DNA of 32,000 nucleotides from Raphidiopsis brookii D9 (GTDB lineage: Bacteria; Cyanobacteriota; Cyanobacteriia; Cyanobacteriales; Nostocaceae): the NCBI GenBank assembly GCA_000175855.1, contig ACYB01000042.1, positions 210,001 through 242,000 on the forward strand, read 5' to 3'. Shown piece by piece: positions 1 to 11,200 of this stretch (position 1 is the first letter of the stretch; every line of letters begins with the position of its first letter). The position numbers were made by a program, and so were the translations under genes. The notes beneath the pieces are model-generated. The model saw only the letters and a list, made by a program, of their open reading frames with translations, was not told the origin of the DNA and did not search any database.

Positions 1-2
1 GG

Positions 3-59
3 GTAATTTTAGCAGCTTTATATGGTGCAGCTCATCGCTATGAAGGTTCCCATCATTAA
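3..59 (+). CDS. C-terminal end of a truncated upstream gene (...VILAALYGAAHRYEGSHH*), product not assignable
   Basis: Open frame from the window edge to TAA at 57-59; only 18 codons visible. Confidence 0.35.
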   Translation, partial: VILAALYGAAHRYEGSHH

Positions 60-141
60 CTCCAGCAGGGGATTTTTGTATAAATCCCAGATTTTGTCCT
101 ATTCTATTGGATATCAGCAGTTACAATTTTATGTCTAGTTT

Positions 142-657
142 ATGCCCACTACAGCAGATTTTCTTCAATACTCCCAATGGTCAGGAATCACGACCATAGC
201 ACTTGCAGCACTGACAATTTTGGCTCTTCTATTTAAATGGGGATTACGTTTTCGCTTGGTAGGTGCAACTGGTTTTATGCTTGTGCTCACAGTAGGACTC
301 TTTTCACTATCCCTAGTTCCCCTCAGTCGTACAGTAATTCCTGGTGCTTCTAGATATACTTTAGTTTATGACAATGGTTCCAACCAAGCTGTAATTGCTA
401 CCAGTCCAGATATTACTCCTACCCAGCTAGAAGCAACTTTACGCCAAGCAGCTAGTAATCTCTACTCCTACGGGCGCATGGGATCTGGAAGGAATAACAG
501 TTTGACAATTCGCGCTCGGACAGTTCTCCACCCAGAATCAGGTATATCAACACCTGTCTACTTGGGTAAAGTGGAAAGAACACTAGTTACCCGCGAAGAC
601 CCACAAATGTTGGTGGAAGTCTTCTTGGATAAATTTCCCCAATTACCACCATCCTGA
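142..657 (+). CDS. Ycf51-like conserved cyanobacterial/plastid membrane protein
   Basis: 171 aa ORF with two N-terminal hydrophobic segments and overall Ycf51-like sequence recognised from memory. Confidence 0.65.
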   Translation: MPTTADFLQYSQWSGITTIALAALTILALLFKWGLRFRLVGATGFMLVLTVGLFSLSLVPLSRTVIPGASRYTLVYDNGSNQAVIATSPDITPTQLEATLRQAASNLYSYGRMGSGRNNSLTIRARTVLHPESGISTPVYLGKVERTLVTREDPQMLVEVFLDKFPQLPPS

Positions 658-734
658 AATCATTTAGGTTTTGACCCATATAGTACATATTTATTATTAA
701 TATTTGTGGTGGTGTTTGCCATACTATATCTATT

Positions 735-1916
735 ATGTCTATCGTGTCTATCATGGCTAGTCTATTATCCACTCCCACCACTAGTTCTTTCTTGACATTA
801 ACTGTTGCTCCAGCAAAGGTAATCCGAGGTGCTGGGGTTCTCAGATCATCTGCTATTTCAGAAATTTCTACCCTAGGGAATCGTCCCCTAATTGTGACAG
901 GAAAACATACTCTCAATATTTATCAGGAGAGTTTACAGACCATCTTCCAAAGTGGGGATTTGGATGCTTTGGCTACTTCCTATAGCCCAGATTGCTGTGA
1001 AGTAAGTTTGAAAGCGTTACGGAAAGCAGTTAAAGAACATAAGGCAAATGTGATTATTGGTCTAGGTGGCGGGAAGTCCATAGACACAGCTAAACTATTA
1101 GGACATCAATTACAGTTACCAGTAGTAACAATTCCTACATCTGCTGCCACCTGTGCAGCATGGACAGCCTTATCTAATGTGTATTCTGCATCGGGGGCAT
1201 TTTTATATGATGTTCCCTTGTGTAGGTGTCCGGATTTGCTAATTTTAGATTATGATTTGATTAAAACAGCACCCCGGGAAACTCTGGTAGCTGGAATTGG
1301 AGATGGGATTGCCAAATGGTATGAAGCATCTGTTAGTAGTGGTAATATGCAGGATACACTAATTATTGCTGCAGTTCAACAAGCTAGAGTTTTACGCGAT
1401 ATACTATTACAAAAGTCCGCAGCAGCTTTAGACTCTCCTGGTAGTCAAATTTGGCAAGAGGTGGTAGATTGCAGTGTGATGTTAGCAGGTGTGATTGGTG
1501 GTTTAGGGGGAGCCCGCTGTCGTACAGTTGCTGCCCATGCAGTACATAATGGGTTAACTCACATTTGTGGACATGGTAGCATTCATGGAGAAAAGGTGGC
1601 ATACGGAATTTTAGTGCAATTGCGATTAGAAGAAATGCTTCAGGGCAATCAATTAGCGGAAACCGCTAGACAGCAGTTATTAAAATTCTATACAGAAATT
1701 GGACTGCCACAAAAATTGGCGGATTTGGGACTGGGAAATATTTCTTTGACTCAATTGCAAACAGCAGCAGAAATAGCCCTAGCTCCTAATTCTGATATCC
1801 ATCGGTTACCCTTTTCCCTATCCTCGGAACAGTTAATGGCGGCCATGATTTCTACTACCGCTCCGGTTCTAAGACAACGGGATTCATCATCGTTAACCAC
1901 CCAAACGACTAATTAA
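735..1916 (+). CDS. Iron-containing alcohol dehydrogenase family protein (glycerol dehydrogenase-like)
   Basis: GGGKSIDTAK nucleotide-binding signature, VPTSAATCAAWT, metal-ligand type motifs (GDGIAKWYEA, HAVHNGLTHICGHGSIHGEKVAYG). Start could be downstream of 735. Confidence 0.85.
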   Translation: MSIVSIMASLLSTPTTSSFLTLTVAPAKVIRGAGVLRSSAISEISTLGNRPLIVTGKHTLNIYQESLQTIFQSGDLDALATSYSPDCCEVSLKALRKAVKEHKANVIIGLGGGKSIDTAKLLGHQLQLPVVTIPTSAATCAAWTALSNVYSASGAFLYDVPLCRCPDLLILDYDLIKTAPRETLVAGIGDGIAKWYEASVSSGNMQDTLIIAAVQQARVLRDILLQKSAAALDSPGSQIWQEVVDCSVMLAGVIGGLGGARCRTVAAHAVHNGLTHICGHGSIHGEKVAYGILVQLRLEEMLQGNQLAETARQQLLKFYTEIGLPQKLADLGLGNISLTQLQTAAEIALAPNSDIHRLPFSLSSEQLMAAMISTTAPVLRQRDSSSLTTQTTN

Positions 1917-1986
1917 CAATTGGCCATCATTAAAAGTGCTTACAAAAACGTTTACAAAGAGTGACGAATTATTTTGAGGTTGAAGA

Positions 1987-3194
1987 ATGAGTTTAAGTTG
2001 GATTACCCCCGCAGATAGGATAAAGAAACTACCACCCTATGTTTTTGCTAGATTGGATGAGTTAAAGGCCAAGGCTAGGGAGCAAGGACTGGACTTAATT
2101 GATTTAGGAATGGGGAATCCTGATGGTGCAACTCCTCAACCAATTATAGAAGCAGCCAAAACAGCTTTGGCAAATCCTGCTAATCACGGTTATCCACCCT
2201 TTGAAGGTACTGCTAATTTTCGTAAGGCAATTACCGAATGGTACTATCGACGCTATCATGTGCTGTTAGATCCTGACAGCGAAGCATTACCTCTATTAGG
2301 TTCTAAAGAAGGTTTGGCACATTTAGCGATCGCTTATATTAATCCAGGTGACACGGTTTTAGTGCCTTCTCCTTCCTATCCTGTGCATTTCCGAGGTCCA
2401 ATTATTGCTGGGGGAGTAATTCATAATATCATTCTGCAGGAGAAGGATGATTGGTTAATTGATTTAGGGTCTATTTCCGATGAGGTAGCTCAAAAAGCAA
2501 AAATCCTCTATTTTAATTACCCTAGCAACCCCACAGGAGCAACCGCACCACGGGAGTTTTTTGAGGACATAGTTGCTTTTGCTAAAAAGCATGAGATTCT
2601 ACTGGTTCATGATCTGTGTTACGCTGAATTGGCTTTTGATGGTTATCAACCCACCAGTCTGTTAGAAATCCCCGGTGCCAAAGATATTGGTGTGGAATTT
2701 CATACCCTATCTAAAACCTATAATATGGCAGGTTGGCGAGTTGGTTTTGTAGTGGGTAATCGTCATGTTATCCAAGGTTTAAGAACTCTGAAAACTAATT
2801 TGGACTATGGGATTTTTTCCGCATTACAAACCGCCGCAGAAACCGCTTTACGCCTACCAGATTCTTACTTACATACAGTGCAGCAACGTTATAGCATTAG
2901 GCGAGATTTTCTCATTGCTGGTTTAAGCAAGTTGGGTTGGAATATTAATCCTACTAAAGCAACTATGTATTTATGGGTTAAGTGCCCTGCAGGTATGGGT
3001 TCTACGGATTTTGCTCTCAACATCTTGCAAAAACTGGTGTGGTAGTTACTCCTGGTAATGCTTTTGGGGTTGGTGGTGAAGGTTATGTGAGAATTAGTTT
3101 GATAGCAGATTGCGATCGCCTAGGTGAAGCTTTGGAGAGATTTAGGCAAGCGGGTATTTGTTATCAGTCGGATGTGGTTCCGGTATGTTTTTAA
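1987..3194 (+). CDS. PLP-dependent aminotransferase (aspartate / LL-diaminopimelate aminotransferase-like), split by an apparent 1-nt deletion at about 3029-3033
   Basis: ORFs 1987..3045 and 2982..3194 join as ...ILQK|TGVVVTPGNAFG... if one A is added to the A5 run at 3029-3033. Contains NPTG, SLSKTYNMAGWRVGF (PLP lysine) motifs. Confidence 0.85.
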
Positions 3195-3215
3195 AAAAAG
3201 AAATCACCAACAATT

Positions 3216-4223
3216 ATGGGTAAGCAACGCGTTTTGTCTGGAGTTCAACCAACTGGTAACTTACACTTGGGGAACTATTTAGGTGCTATTCGCAACTGGG
3301 TAGAGATGCAAGATCAGTATGATAATTTCTTTTGCGTGGTAGATTTACATGCTATTACTGTGCCACATAACCCTGCTACTTTAGCGGCTGATACCTATAC
3401 TATTGCAGCTTTATACTTAGCTTGTGGTATTGATTTACAGCACTCGCATATTTTTGTACAATCCCATATATCTGCCCACAGTGAACTTTGTTGGTTACTA
3501 AACTGTATTACTCCTTTAAACTGGCTACAAGATATGATCCAGTTTAAGGAGAAGGCGGTTAAACAGGGAGAAAATGTTGGTACAGGTTTATTGATTTATC
3601 CGGTTTTAATGGCTGCTGATATTTTGCTGTATCAAGCAGATAAGGTACCAGTAGGTGAAGATCAAAAGCAACATTTAGAACTAGCTAGAGATATTGTTAA
3701 TAGGTTTAATTACTTGTTTGCCCAGGAGCATCCCGTATTAAAGTTGCCTGCTCCTTTAATTAGGAAAGAGGGCGCCAGGGTAATGAGTCTAGCTGATGGT
3801 ACTAAGAAAATGTCAAAGTCTGACCCCTCCGAATTGAGCAGAATTAATGTTTTGGATCCACCAGATCAAATTGCCAATAAAATTAAACGGTGTAAAACCG
3901 ATCCAGTTCGTGGTTTGAGTTTTGATGACCCAGCACGTCCTGAATGTAATAATTTGTTGACCTTGTATATGCTATTATCTGGCAAAACCAAGGAAGCAGT
4001 AGCTGGGGAATGTGCTGATATGGGATGGGGTCAGTTTAAACCTTTACTCACAGAAACAACTATTAATGCTCTAGAACCAATTCAAAAAAAGTACAAGGAG
4101 GTAAGAACAGAAAAGGGTTACTTAGAGTCTGTACTGAAAACAGGTAAGGAAAAGGCTCACGCCATAGCCAGTCAAACTTTAGCAGATGTTAAGGGGGCTT
4201 TGGGTTACACAGCACCATTATAA
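3216..4223 (+). CDS. trpS: Tryptophanyl-tRNA synthetase
   Basis: Class I aaRS signatures: SGVQPTGNLHLGNYLGAI and KMSKS; full-length 335 aa. Confidence 0.97.
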   Translation: MGKQRVLSGVQPTGNLHLGNYLGAIRNWVEMQDQYDNFFCVVDLHAITVPHNPATLAADTYTIAALYLACGIDLQHSHIFVQSHISAHSELCWLLNCITPLNWLQDMIQFKEKAVKQGENVGTGLLIYPVLMAADILLYQADKVPVGEDQKQHLELARDIVNRFNYLFAQEHPVLKLPAPLIRKEGARVMSLADGTKKMSKSDPSELSRINVLDPPDQIANKIKRCKTDPVRGLSFDDPARPECNNLLTLYMLLSGKTKEAVAGECADMGWGQFKPLLTETTINALEPIQKKYKEVRTEKGYLESVLKTGKEKAHAIASQTLADVKGALGYTAPL

Positions 4224-4261
4224 GCCTGAAAATAAGACCTTTCAAGTATAAAACCTTCACC

Positions 4262-5182
4262 ATGCAGGAAAATCACACCACTAACTATACGAGCAATACT
4301 CTCACTAGTTTCCGTGAAGCAGTACAAGCAGGAGAATTTTTAATCACTGCAGAAGTTGCACCACCAAAGGGGGGGGACATTAGCCACACCATTGCCATGT
4401 CAGCGACTCTTAAGGGGAGAGTTCATGCTGTTAATATTACTGATGGTAGTCGTGCTGTTTTGGGTATGTCACCTTTGGCAGTATGCGCCATTTTATGGCA
4501 ACATGGTATTGAACCAGTCTGTCAAATCGCTTGTCGCGATCGCAATAGAATCGGACTGCAAGCTGATTTGATGGGGGCCCATGCTTTGGGTATTAGGAAT
4601 ATTTTAGCTTTGACGGGTGATCCAGTTAAAGCTGGTGATCATCCGGATGCTAGAGCTGTTTTTGACCTGGAATCTGTCCGGTTATTACAATTAATTACTA
4701 ATATGAACCAAGGACTGGACTTTAATCATAGGACTTTAGTTGATGGAGGTTTGGATTTGTTCGCTGGAGCAGCAGTGGATCCTCAATCTAAAAGTTGGTC
4801 TGGGTTACAGAGTCGATTTGAAAGGAAAGTACAAGCAGGGGCACAATTTTTCCAAAGTCAGCTAATTACTGATTTTGAAAAATTGGAGAAATTTATGGAT
4901 AAAATTGCTTCTGGTTACAATAAACCTGTGTTGGCAGGTATTTTTCTGTTAAAGTCAGCGAAAAATGCTCAGTTTATTAATAGGATGGTTCCTGGTGTTA
5001 ATATACCCGATTATATTATCCAGCGCCTAGCCAAAGCCAAGTATCCTTTGGAAGAAGGTATGAAAATTGCCTCAGAACAGGTAAGAATGGCAAAAGATTT
5101 ATGTCAGGGAGTACATATTATGGCGGTTAAAAAGGAAGAGGCGATCGCTCCGATTTTAGACTTAGCTGGTGTTAGCAGGTAG
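4262..5182 (+). CDS. Methylenetetrahydrofolate reductase family protein
   Basis: 306 aa; ITAEVAPPKGGD, QIACRDRNRIGLQADLMGAHALGIRNILALTGDP typical of MetF-like proteins. Confidence 0.88.
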   Translation: MQENHTTNYTSNTLTSFREAVQAGEFLITAEVAPPKGGDISHTIAMSATLKGRVHAVNITDGSRAVLGMSPLAVCAILWQHGIEPVCQIACRDRNRIGLQADLMGAHALGIRNILALTGDPVKAGDHPDARAVFDLESVRLLQLITNMNQGLDFNHRTLVDGGLDLFAGAAVDPQSKSWSGLQSRFERKVQAGAQFFQSQLITDFEKLEKFMDKIASGYNKPVLAGIFLLKSAKNAQFINRMVPGVNIPDYIIQRLAKAKYPLEEGMKIASEQVRMAKDLCQGVHIMAVKKEEAIAPILDLAGVSR

Positions 5183-5186
5183 TTAC

Positions 5187-5819
5187 TTATTCTTTTGGAA
5201 TATCAGAAGACCCACGCTGTTTTCGGGTTTCCCCTCCCAGTTGTAGTCTTCCATTAGTGACAATTCGCAACATTTTTTGCAGATCCTCCTCGATATTTTC
5301 CAACACCCGATCCGCATATTCATCCGCGCCATTTTCTATTTCCCTAGCATGGGCGATCGCATTTTGGCGTGTCTCTTCCATTTCCTGGTCACAATCGAGT
5401 CGTTTACGTTCAATTTCTGCCAATGTATCTTGCATTATAGCATCACACTTCTGTTGTGCTTCACGACGGAGTTGAACAGTTTCCCGTTCTACTTGGTGAA
5501 TAATATCGTTATCAGCTAAGATTTGAGACCTTTTGACTTGTGCTGCTTCTATAACCTGTTGTGCATATTCCTCCGCTGACAATATAATCTCCTCCTTTTC
5601 CTGGAGAATTTTTGCTGCTTCCTGAAATAGGGAGGGTAAAGAAACCCGAATAAAATCCAACTGCTCTAGGAATTTATCCTCATCAATAAGGGTACGATTG
5701 ATAAAGGGTATTTGGATACCAGAGAGAATAATATCTTCCAGACGGTTAAGCTCCTGGAGAATGTCTACTACTCTCTGGGGGTGGGAATATTCGGGAACTG
5801 GGGGATTTGGCTGTAGCAT
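5187..5819 (-). CDS. DivIVA-like / coiled-coil cell-division protein (possible Cdv3 homologue)
   Basis: 210 aa, long coiled coil ([21 protein letters not shown]..., [19 protein letters not shown]), MLQPxPP N-terminus, adjacent to coaD. Confidence 0.65.
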   Translation of the reverse strand: MLQPNPPVPEYSHPQRVVDILQELNRLEDIILSGIQIPFINRTLIDEDKFLEQLDFIRVSLPSLFQEAAKILQEKEEIILSAEEYAQQVIEAAQVKRSQILADNDIIHQVERETVQLRREAQQKCDAIMQDTLAEIERKRLDCDQEMEETRQNAIAHAREIENGADEYADRVLENIEEDLQKMLRIVTNGRLQLGGETRKQRGSSDIPKE

Positions 5820-6280
5820 TGGTATATATCCATAGCAATGTGCGGAGGAACAAGATGGTCGACAGATCCACCAAACCTGGCAATTTCTTTTACCACACTA
5901 CTACTTAAAAAGCTATGCTCATTAGAGGTGGCGAGAAAAACAGTTTCGACCTGAGTTGAAAGGGTTTTATTAGTATGGGCCATTTGTAACTCTATCTCAA
6001 AATCAGAGACAGCTCGCAACCCGCGTAATAAAACCCCTGCTTGTCGCATTTGGGCATAGTTAACCGTTAATCCGTCAAAACTATCCACCTCTACACTGGG
6101 CAAATGGCTGGTAGCTGAACTAATCTGGTTCAGACGCTGTTCTACGGTAAACAATGGAGTTTTGTTAGGATTTCGCAGAACAGCAACAATAACCCGACTA
6201 AATAGCCGAGTAGCTCGTTCAATAAGATCAAGGTGTCCCAAAGTAATAGGGTCAAAGCTGCCAGGATAAATAGCAATCAT
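5768..6280 (-). CDS. coaD: Phosphopantetheine adenylyltransferase
   Basis: [23 protein letters not shown] and [13 protein letters not shown] signatures; 170 aa. Confidence 0.96.
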   Translation of the reverse strand: MIAIYPGSFDPITLGHLDLIERATRLFSRVIVAVLRNPNKTPLFTVEQRLNQISSATSHLPSVEVDSFDGLTVNYAQMRQAGVLLRGLRAVSDFEIELQMAHTNKTLSTQVETVFLATSNEHSFLSSSVVKEIARFGGSVDHLVPPHIAMDIYQCYSQIPQFPNIPTPRE

Positions 6281-6458
6281 GTTGAATATAAATCAGAAAG
6301 CTTTTAGATCTGAGTATACTTTTTAGTACCCTTTGAGGAAGAGGCTTTTTGAGCAAATGATGGAATTTATTGATTAATGTGTCGTGATATTGTACATTAG
6401 TTACATAAATATTGCAATTGTTTCCTGTGAAGTAGAAACATATTGTTAGGTAATTTGC

Positions 6459-7337
6459 ATGGTAGTAGATTTCACCGCCTTACTGTTGGGGTTCGAGTTC
6501 ACCTCCCCAGGTCCCGTAGTACCTGGATTAGAATTTGGACCATTTGTTATTCGTTGGTATGGATTGCTAATTGCATCAGCCGTATTAATTGGTGTTAGTC
6601 TTGCCCAGCATCTGGCCAAACGTCGTCATTTAGATCCTGATATCATCAGTGATTTATCCGTTTGGTTGGTAGTAGGAGCTATTCCAGCTGCGAGATTATA
6701 TTATGTCCTATTCCAATGGTCAGAATATTCCCGTTCTCCTGGGAGAATTCTAGCCATTTGGCAGGGTGGTATAGCCATTCATGGAGCTATTCTTGGCGGT
6801 ATTATAGCCGCTTTAATCTTTGCCAGACTCAAAAGAATATCTTTTTGGCAATTGGCAGATTTAGTCGCCCCTTCTCTGATTTTAGGTCAAGCTATTGGAC
6901 GTTGGGGGAATTTCTTTAATTCTGAAGCTTTTGGTGATCCTACAGATTTGCCTTGGAAACTATACATTCCACCAGAGCATCGTCCTCCTGCTTTGGTAAA
7001 TTTTGAATATTTCCACCCCACTTTTCTATATGAATCCCTGTGGAATTTGATGGTATTTGCTCTATTACTAACTTTATTTTTTCGGAGTTTATCTGGCAAA
7101 CCAGAATTGAAGACCGGAACCTTATTTTTGGTTTACTGGGTAACCTATAGTATAGGAAGATTTGCTATTGAAGGTTTACGTACGGATAGTCTCATGCTAG
7201 GTTCTCTAAGAATTGCCCAATTGGTTAGTTTAACCGGAATAGTAGTGGGTTTAGCTGGTTTAGTCTGGCTTTATTTATACAAACGCTCCCTACCGGATGT
7301 AGTATCTCCCAGTTATAACCGTTATAACCACCAATAA
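6459..7337 (+). CDS. lgt: Prolipoprotein diacylglyceryl transferase
   Basis: [13 protein letters not shown] signature, multiple TM segments, [12 protein letters not shown]. Confidence 0.96.
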   Translation: MVVDFTALLLGFEFTSPGPVVPGLEFGPFVIRWYGLLIASAVLIGVSLAQHLAKRRHLDPDIISDLSVWLVVGAIPAARLYYVLFQWSEYSRSPGRILAIWQGGIAIHGAILGGIIAALIFARLKRISFWQLADLVAPSLILGQAIGRWGNFFNSEAFGDPTDLPWKLYIPPEHRPPALVNFEYFHPTFLYESLWNLMVFALLLTLFFRSLSGKPELKTGTLFLVYWVTYSIGRFAIEGLRTDSLMLGSLRIAQLVSLTGIVVGLAGLVWLYLYKRSLPDVVSPSYNRYNHQ

Positions 7338-7487
7338 AAAATGCCCCAGAGTGTTCTCCAGGGCTTAACCAGGGTGCATCTACCATATCTTTCTACCACT
7401 AGCAAGTGGTGAATCCGGAAAACCATGGCGGAAATATTGAGAAATTTCATGGAAAAATTGGCAGACCTTTCCTATTTTGGGTGCAAC

Positions 7488-8261
7488 ATGATTAACTCCT
7501 TAAAACCAGCAGTGTATATTGTGGGTGCAGGACCTGGAGACCCAGATTTATTGACAGTTAAAGCACAAAGGTTATTAGCTGGTGCTGATTTGGTACTTTT
7601 CGCTGACTCTTTGGTTCCCCAACAAATCCTGGATATTTGTCGTCCAGACGCAGAAGTTATCGGTACCGCTACCAAAACTTTAGAGGAGATTGTAGGCACA
7701 ATTATAGCAGCAGTTCAATCTAATAAGTCCGTTGTACGTCTTCACTCAGGAGATGTTAGTTTATACAGTGCCATTCACGAACAAATCGAATTATTGAACA
7801 CATCGAATATACCTTTTGAAATAGTACCTGGAGTTAGTGCTTTTCAAGCTGCTGCGGCAAAATTAAAAGTAGAGTTGACAGTTCCTGATTTGGTCCAAAG
7901 TATTATCCTGACTCGGGTGAGTGGAAGAACAAAAGTACCAAACCAGGAACAATTGGCCAGTTTAGCAGCACATCAAGCCAGTCTGTGTTTATATTTGAGT
8001 GCCCGTCATGTGGCTAGTGCCCAAAACCAACTTTTACAACATTATGCTCCACAAACTCCCGTAGCTATTTGTTTTCGCGTGGGATGGCCCGACGAAAAGA
8101 TCTTTATTGTCCCCCTAGAGAAAATGGCAGAGTCTACCGATGAACAAAAACTGCTGCGCACCACTTTGTATATAATCAGCCCCGCACTGTCTACCGTAAG
8201 TGGGCGATCGCATCTATATGATGCCAGATATAATCATTTATTTCGTGTTTCTACACAATAG
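7488..8261 (+). CDS. cobM: Precorrin-4 C11-methyltransferase (ORF open from 7425; MINSLKPAVYIVGAGPGDPDLLT start more likely)
   Basis: VYIVGAGPGDPDLLTVKAQRLL and VRLHSGDVSLYSAIHEQ, EIVPGVSAFQAAAA signatures of cobalamin methyltransferases. Confidence 0.92.
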   Translation: MINSLKPAVYIVGAGPGDPDLLTVKAQRLLAGADLVLFADSLVPQQILDICRPDAEVIGTATKTLEEIVGTIIAAVQSNKSVVRLHSGDVSLYSAIHEQIELLNTSNIPFEIVPGVSAFQAAAAKLKVELTVPDLVQSIILTRVSGRTKVPNQEQLASLAAHQASLCLYLSARHVASAQNQLLQHYAPQTPVAICFRVGWPDEKIFIVPLEKMAESTDEQKLLRTTLYIISPALSTVSGRSHLYDARYNHLFRVSTQ

Positions 8262-8268
8262 ATTTCCA

Positions 8269-11200
8269 ATGGAAAAGAGTCATATCCAACTTCCAGGCTA
8301 TAAAATACTTGAGGTAATTCACGTTAGCAGCAGAACCAGTGTATATCGAGGTGAACAAGAAACAACTAAAAGGTCGGTAATTATCAAAACTGCTAACGCC
8401 CAATATCCACCATTAAATGAATTGATAGCCTTAAAAAATCAATTTGCCATTACTCAAAAAATTGACCATCCCCATATTATTAAATCCTATGCTTTAGAAC
8501 CTTATGGTAATAGTTACGCCCTAATTGGTGAGGATATAGGTGGCATATCAGTTTACGACTATGCCCAATCTCAACCACTGGGAATAAATATGTTTTTAAA
8601 AATTGCCATTGCCGTGGTGAAAGCACTGGAGTATTTGTATAATTACAAAGTTATCCATAAAGACATTAAACCAAAAACATTATTATTAATCCAGAAACCC
8701 ATCAAATTAAGTTGACAGATTTCAGTATTTCTTGTCTGCTACCGCAAGAAATAGCAGAAATCAAAAAGTTCAACCCATTGGAAGGAACACTTTCCTACAT
8801 GTCACCAGAACAAACAGGGAGAATGAATTGCGGTATAGATTATCGCAGCGATTTTTATTCTCTGGGGGTGACCTTTTATGAACTACTCACAGGAAGATTA
8901 CCTTTTATCAGTAAAAATCCTCTCAAGTTAGTACATTCTCACCTGGCGAAAATGCCACCACTTCCCCAGGAGATTAATCCAGAAATTCCCGATTTGTTAG
9001 CGGAAATAACTATCAAATTAATGTCAAAAAGCCCAGAAAATAGATATCAAACAGCTAGGGGAATCAGGTACGATCTAGAAAGATTTCAAGAAGCATTATT
9101 AAATCATGGTCAGATTAAGTCTTGGCAATTAGGAAGTAGGGATATAGCAGATAGATTTATAATTTGTGACAAAGTTTATGGCAGAGATAAAGAGATTGCC
9201 ATATTATTGGATGCGTTTGCAAGAGTCAGTCAAGGCAGTAAAGAATTAATGTTAGTGCTAGGTTCTTCAGGTATTGGTAAAACTGCTATTGTCTATGAAA
9301 TTAACCAACCGATTCTGGAACAACAAGGTTATTTTACAGCTGGTAAATATGAGCAACTACAAAATAACAAAAATAATATTCCCGTTTCAGCCTTATTAAA
9401 AGCCTTGGGGAATTTATTACAACAAGTTTTAACCCAAAGTCCAGAAGAATTAGTAGCATGGAAAAACAAGATTTTATTAACGCTAGGAGAACAAGCACAA
9501 GTTATTATAGATGTAATTCCTGAGTTAGAAAAGATTATTGGTTCACAACCAGCAGCGCCCAAGTTGACCGGTAATGCTGCTCAGAATAGGTTCAACGTAT
9601 TATTTGCTAAATTTATCCAAATATTTGCTAATGAAGAACATCCCTTAGTTATTTTTTTAGATGATTTGCAGTGGGCAGATTCCACTTCTTTAAAATTAAT
9701 CCAATTCTTAATTAAAGAACCAGATACCAAATATTTATTACTGATCGGTGCTTATCGCGACCATGAGGTTTATAGTAGACATCCTCTCACAGTCACCCTA
9801 GAGAGTTTGCGAAAAATTGAACCCAAAATTGCCATTAATGAAATTGATTTACAACCTCTAGATAAAAACCAATTAAATCTACTAATCTCAGGCAATTTAG
9901 CCTGTGAAGAAACCCTGTCTTTATCTTTAACCGAATTTGTATTCAATCAAGCACGGGGCAACCCATTTTTCAGCAATCAGTTAATTAAATCTATGCATGA
10001 AGATGGGTTACTCCGTTTTGACTTTCAGTTGGGTTGTTGGCAATGTGACATTTATAAGGCTCAGGCTTTATATGGTAATGATATTCTCCAGTTATTAGCA
10101 ACACAAATCCACAAATTACCCATTGCTACACAAGAAGTTCTAAAGATTGCTGCTTGCATTGGTAATGAGTTTGATTTATTAACCCTAGCCATTGTTTGTG
10201 AGAAGTCTCAGCTGGAAATAGTATCCAACTTGCAGAATGCTTTGACAGCAGAACTGATTATTCCTCAAGACGAAAAACACAATTTATTGTATCCTGAAAC
10301 CCACCAAAATGATCAGAGCAAAAAATACAAATTCTTCCATGACCGAATACAGCAAGCGGCCTATTTATTAATTCCGGATAACGAGAAGGAATCAACCCAT
10401 TGGCACCTTGGTCAATTAATTTATGAATACTCTAAGAATAGAGATAAAAAAGAACTAGAAGAAAAAATATTTATTATAGCTAATCAATTGAATGTCGCCC
10501 AAACAATAATTGACACAGCAAGGGAAGTGGAAAGATATCAATTGGCTGAACTGAACTTAATTGCAGGTCACAAAGCCAAACTATCAACAGCGTATGAAGC
10601 TGCTATTAATTACTTAAGATTTGCCTTGGAACTTTTACCAGCAAATAGCTGGCAAACTCATTATCATCTAACTTTAAATTTGTACTTAGAAGCAGTAGAA
10701 GTAGAATTTCTCAATATCAATTTTGACCAGGCGGAAATCTATATTAAATTGGTCCAACAAAAGGCGGTTACACTCCTTGATCAAGTACCTGTATATGAGA
10801 TACAAATTCAAATATATATGGCAAAAGTCCAAATAAAATTGGCAATTGAAACAGGTATACATATTATCAATATGTTGGGAATTCAATTGGTAGAAGAATC
10901 ACCTAAAATTCTCAATGACCAGAATCAAAACTATGTGGATGAACTGATTAATTTACCTGTCATGACTGCACCCGATAAAATAGCAGCCATGGGAATACTA
11001 GGAAATATTACCACCGCTACTTATTGTTTTGACTTAGAACTATTTGACAGAATAGTTTTTACCATGATCTATTTATCATTACAATACGGTAATTGTTCAA
11101 CTTCTGCTTCTGGTTATGCCCATTATGGTCTGTTATTATGTAAACTTGCTGGCAATATTGACAATGGATACCGTTATGGTCAATTGGCATTGAATTTAGC

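Noticed and set aside
3029-3033. Programmed ribosomal frameshift in the aminotransferase
   Set aside because: No conserved slippery/stimulatory structure is expected in this enzyme family; a missing A in the run is a simpler explanation shared with other loci.
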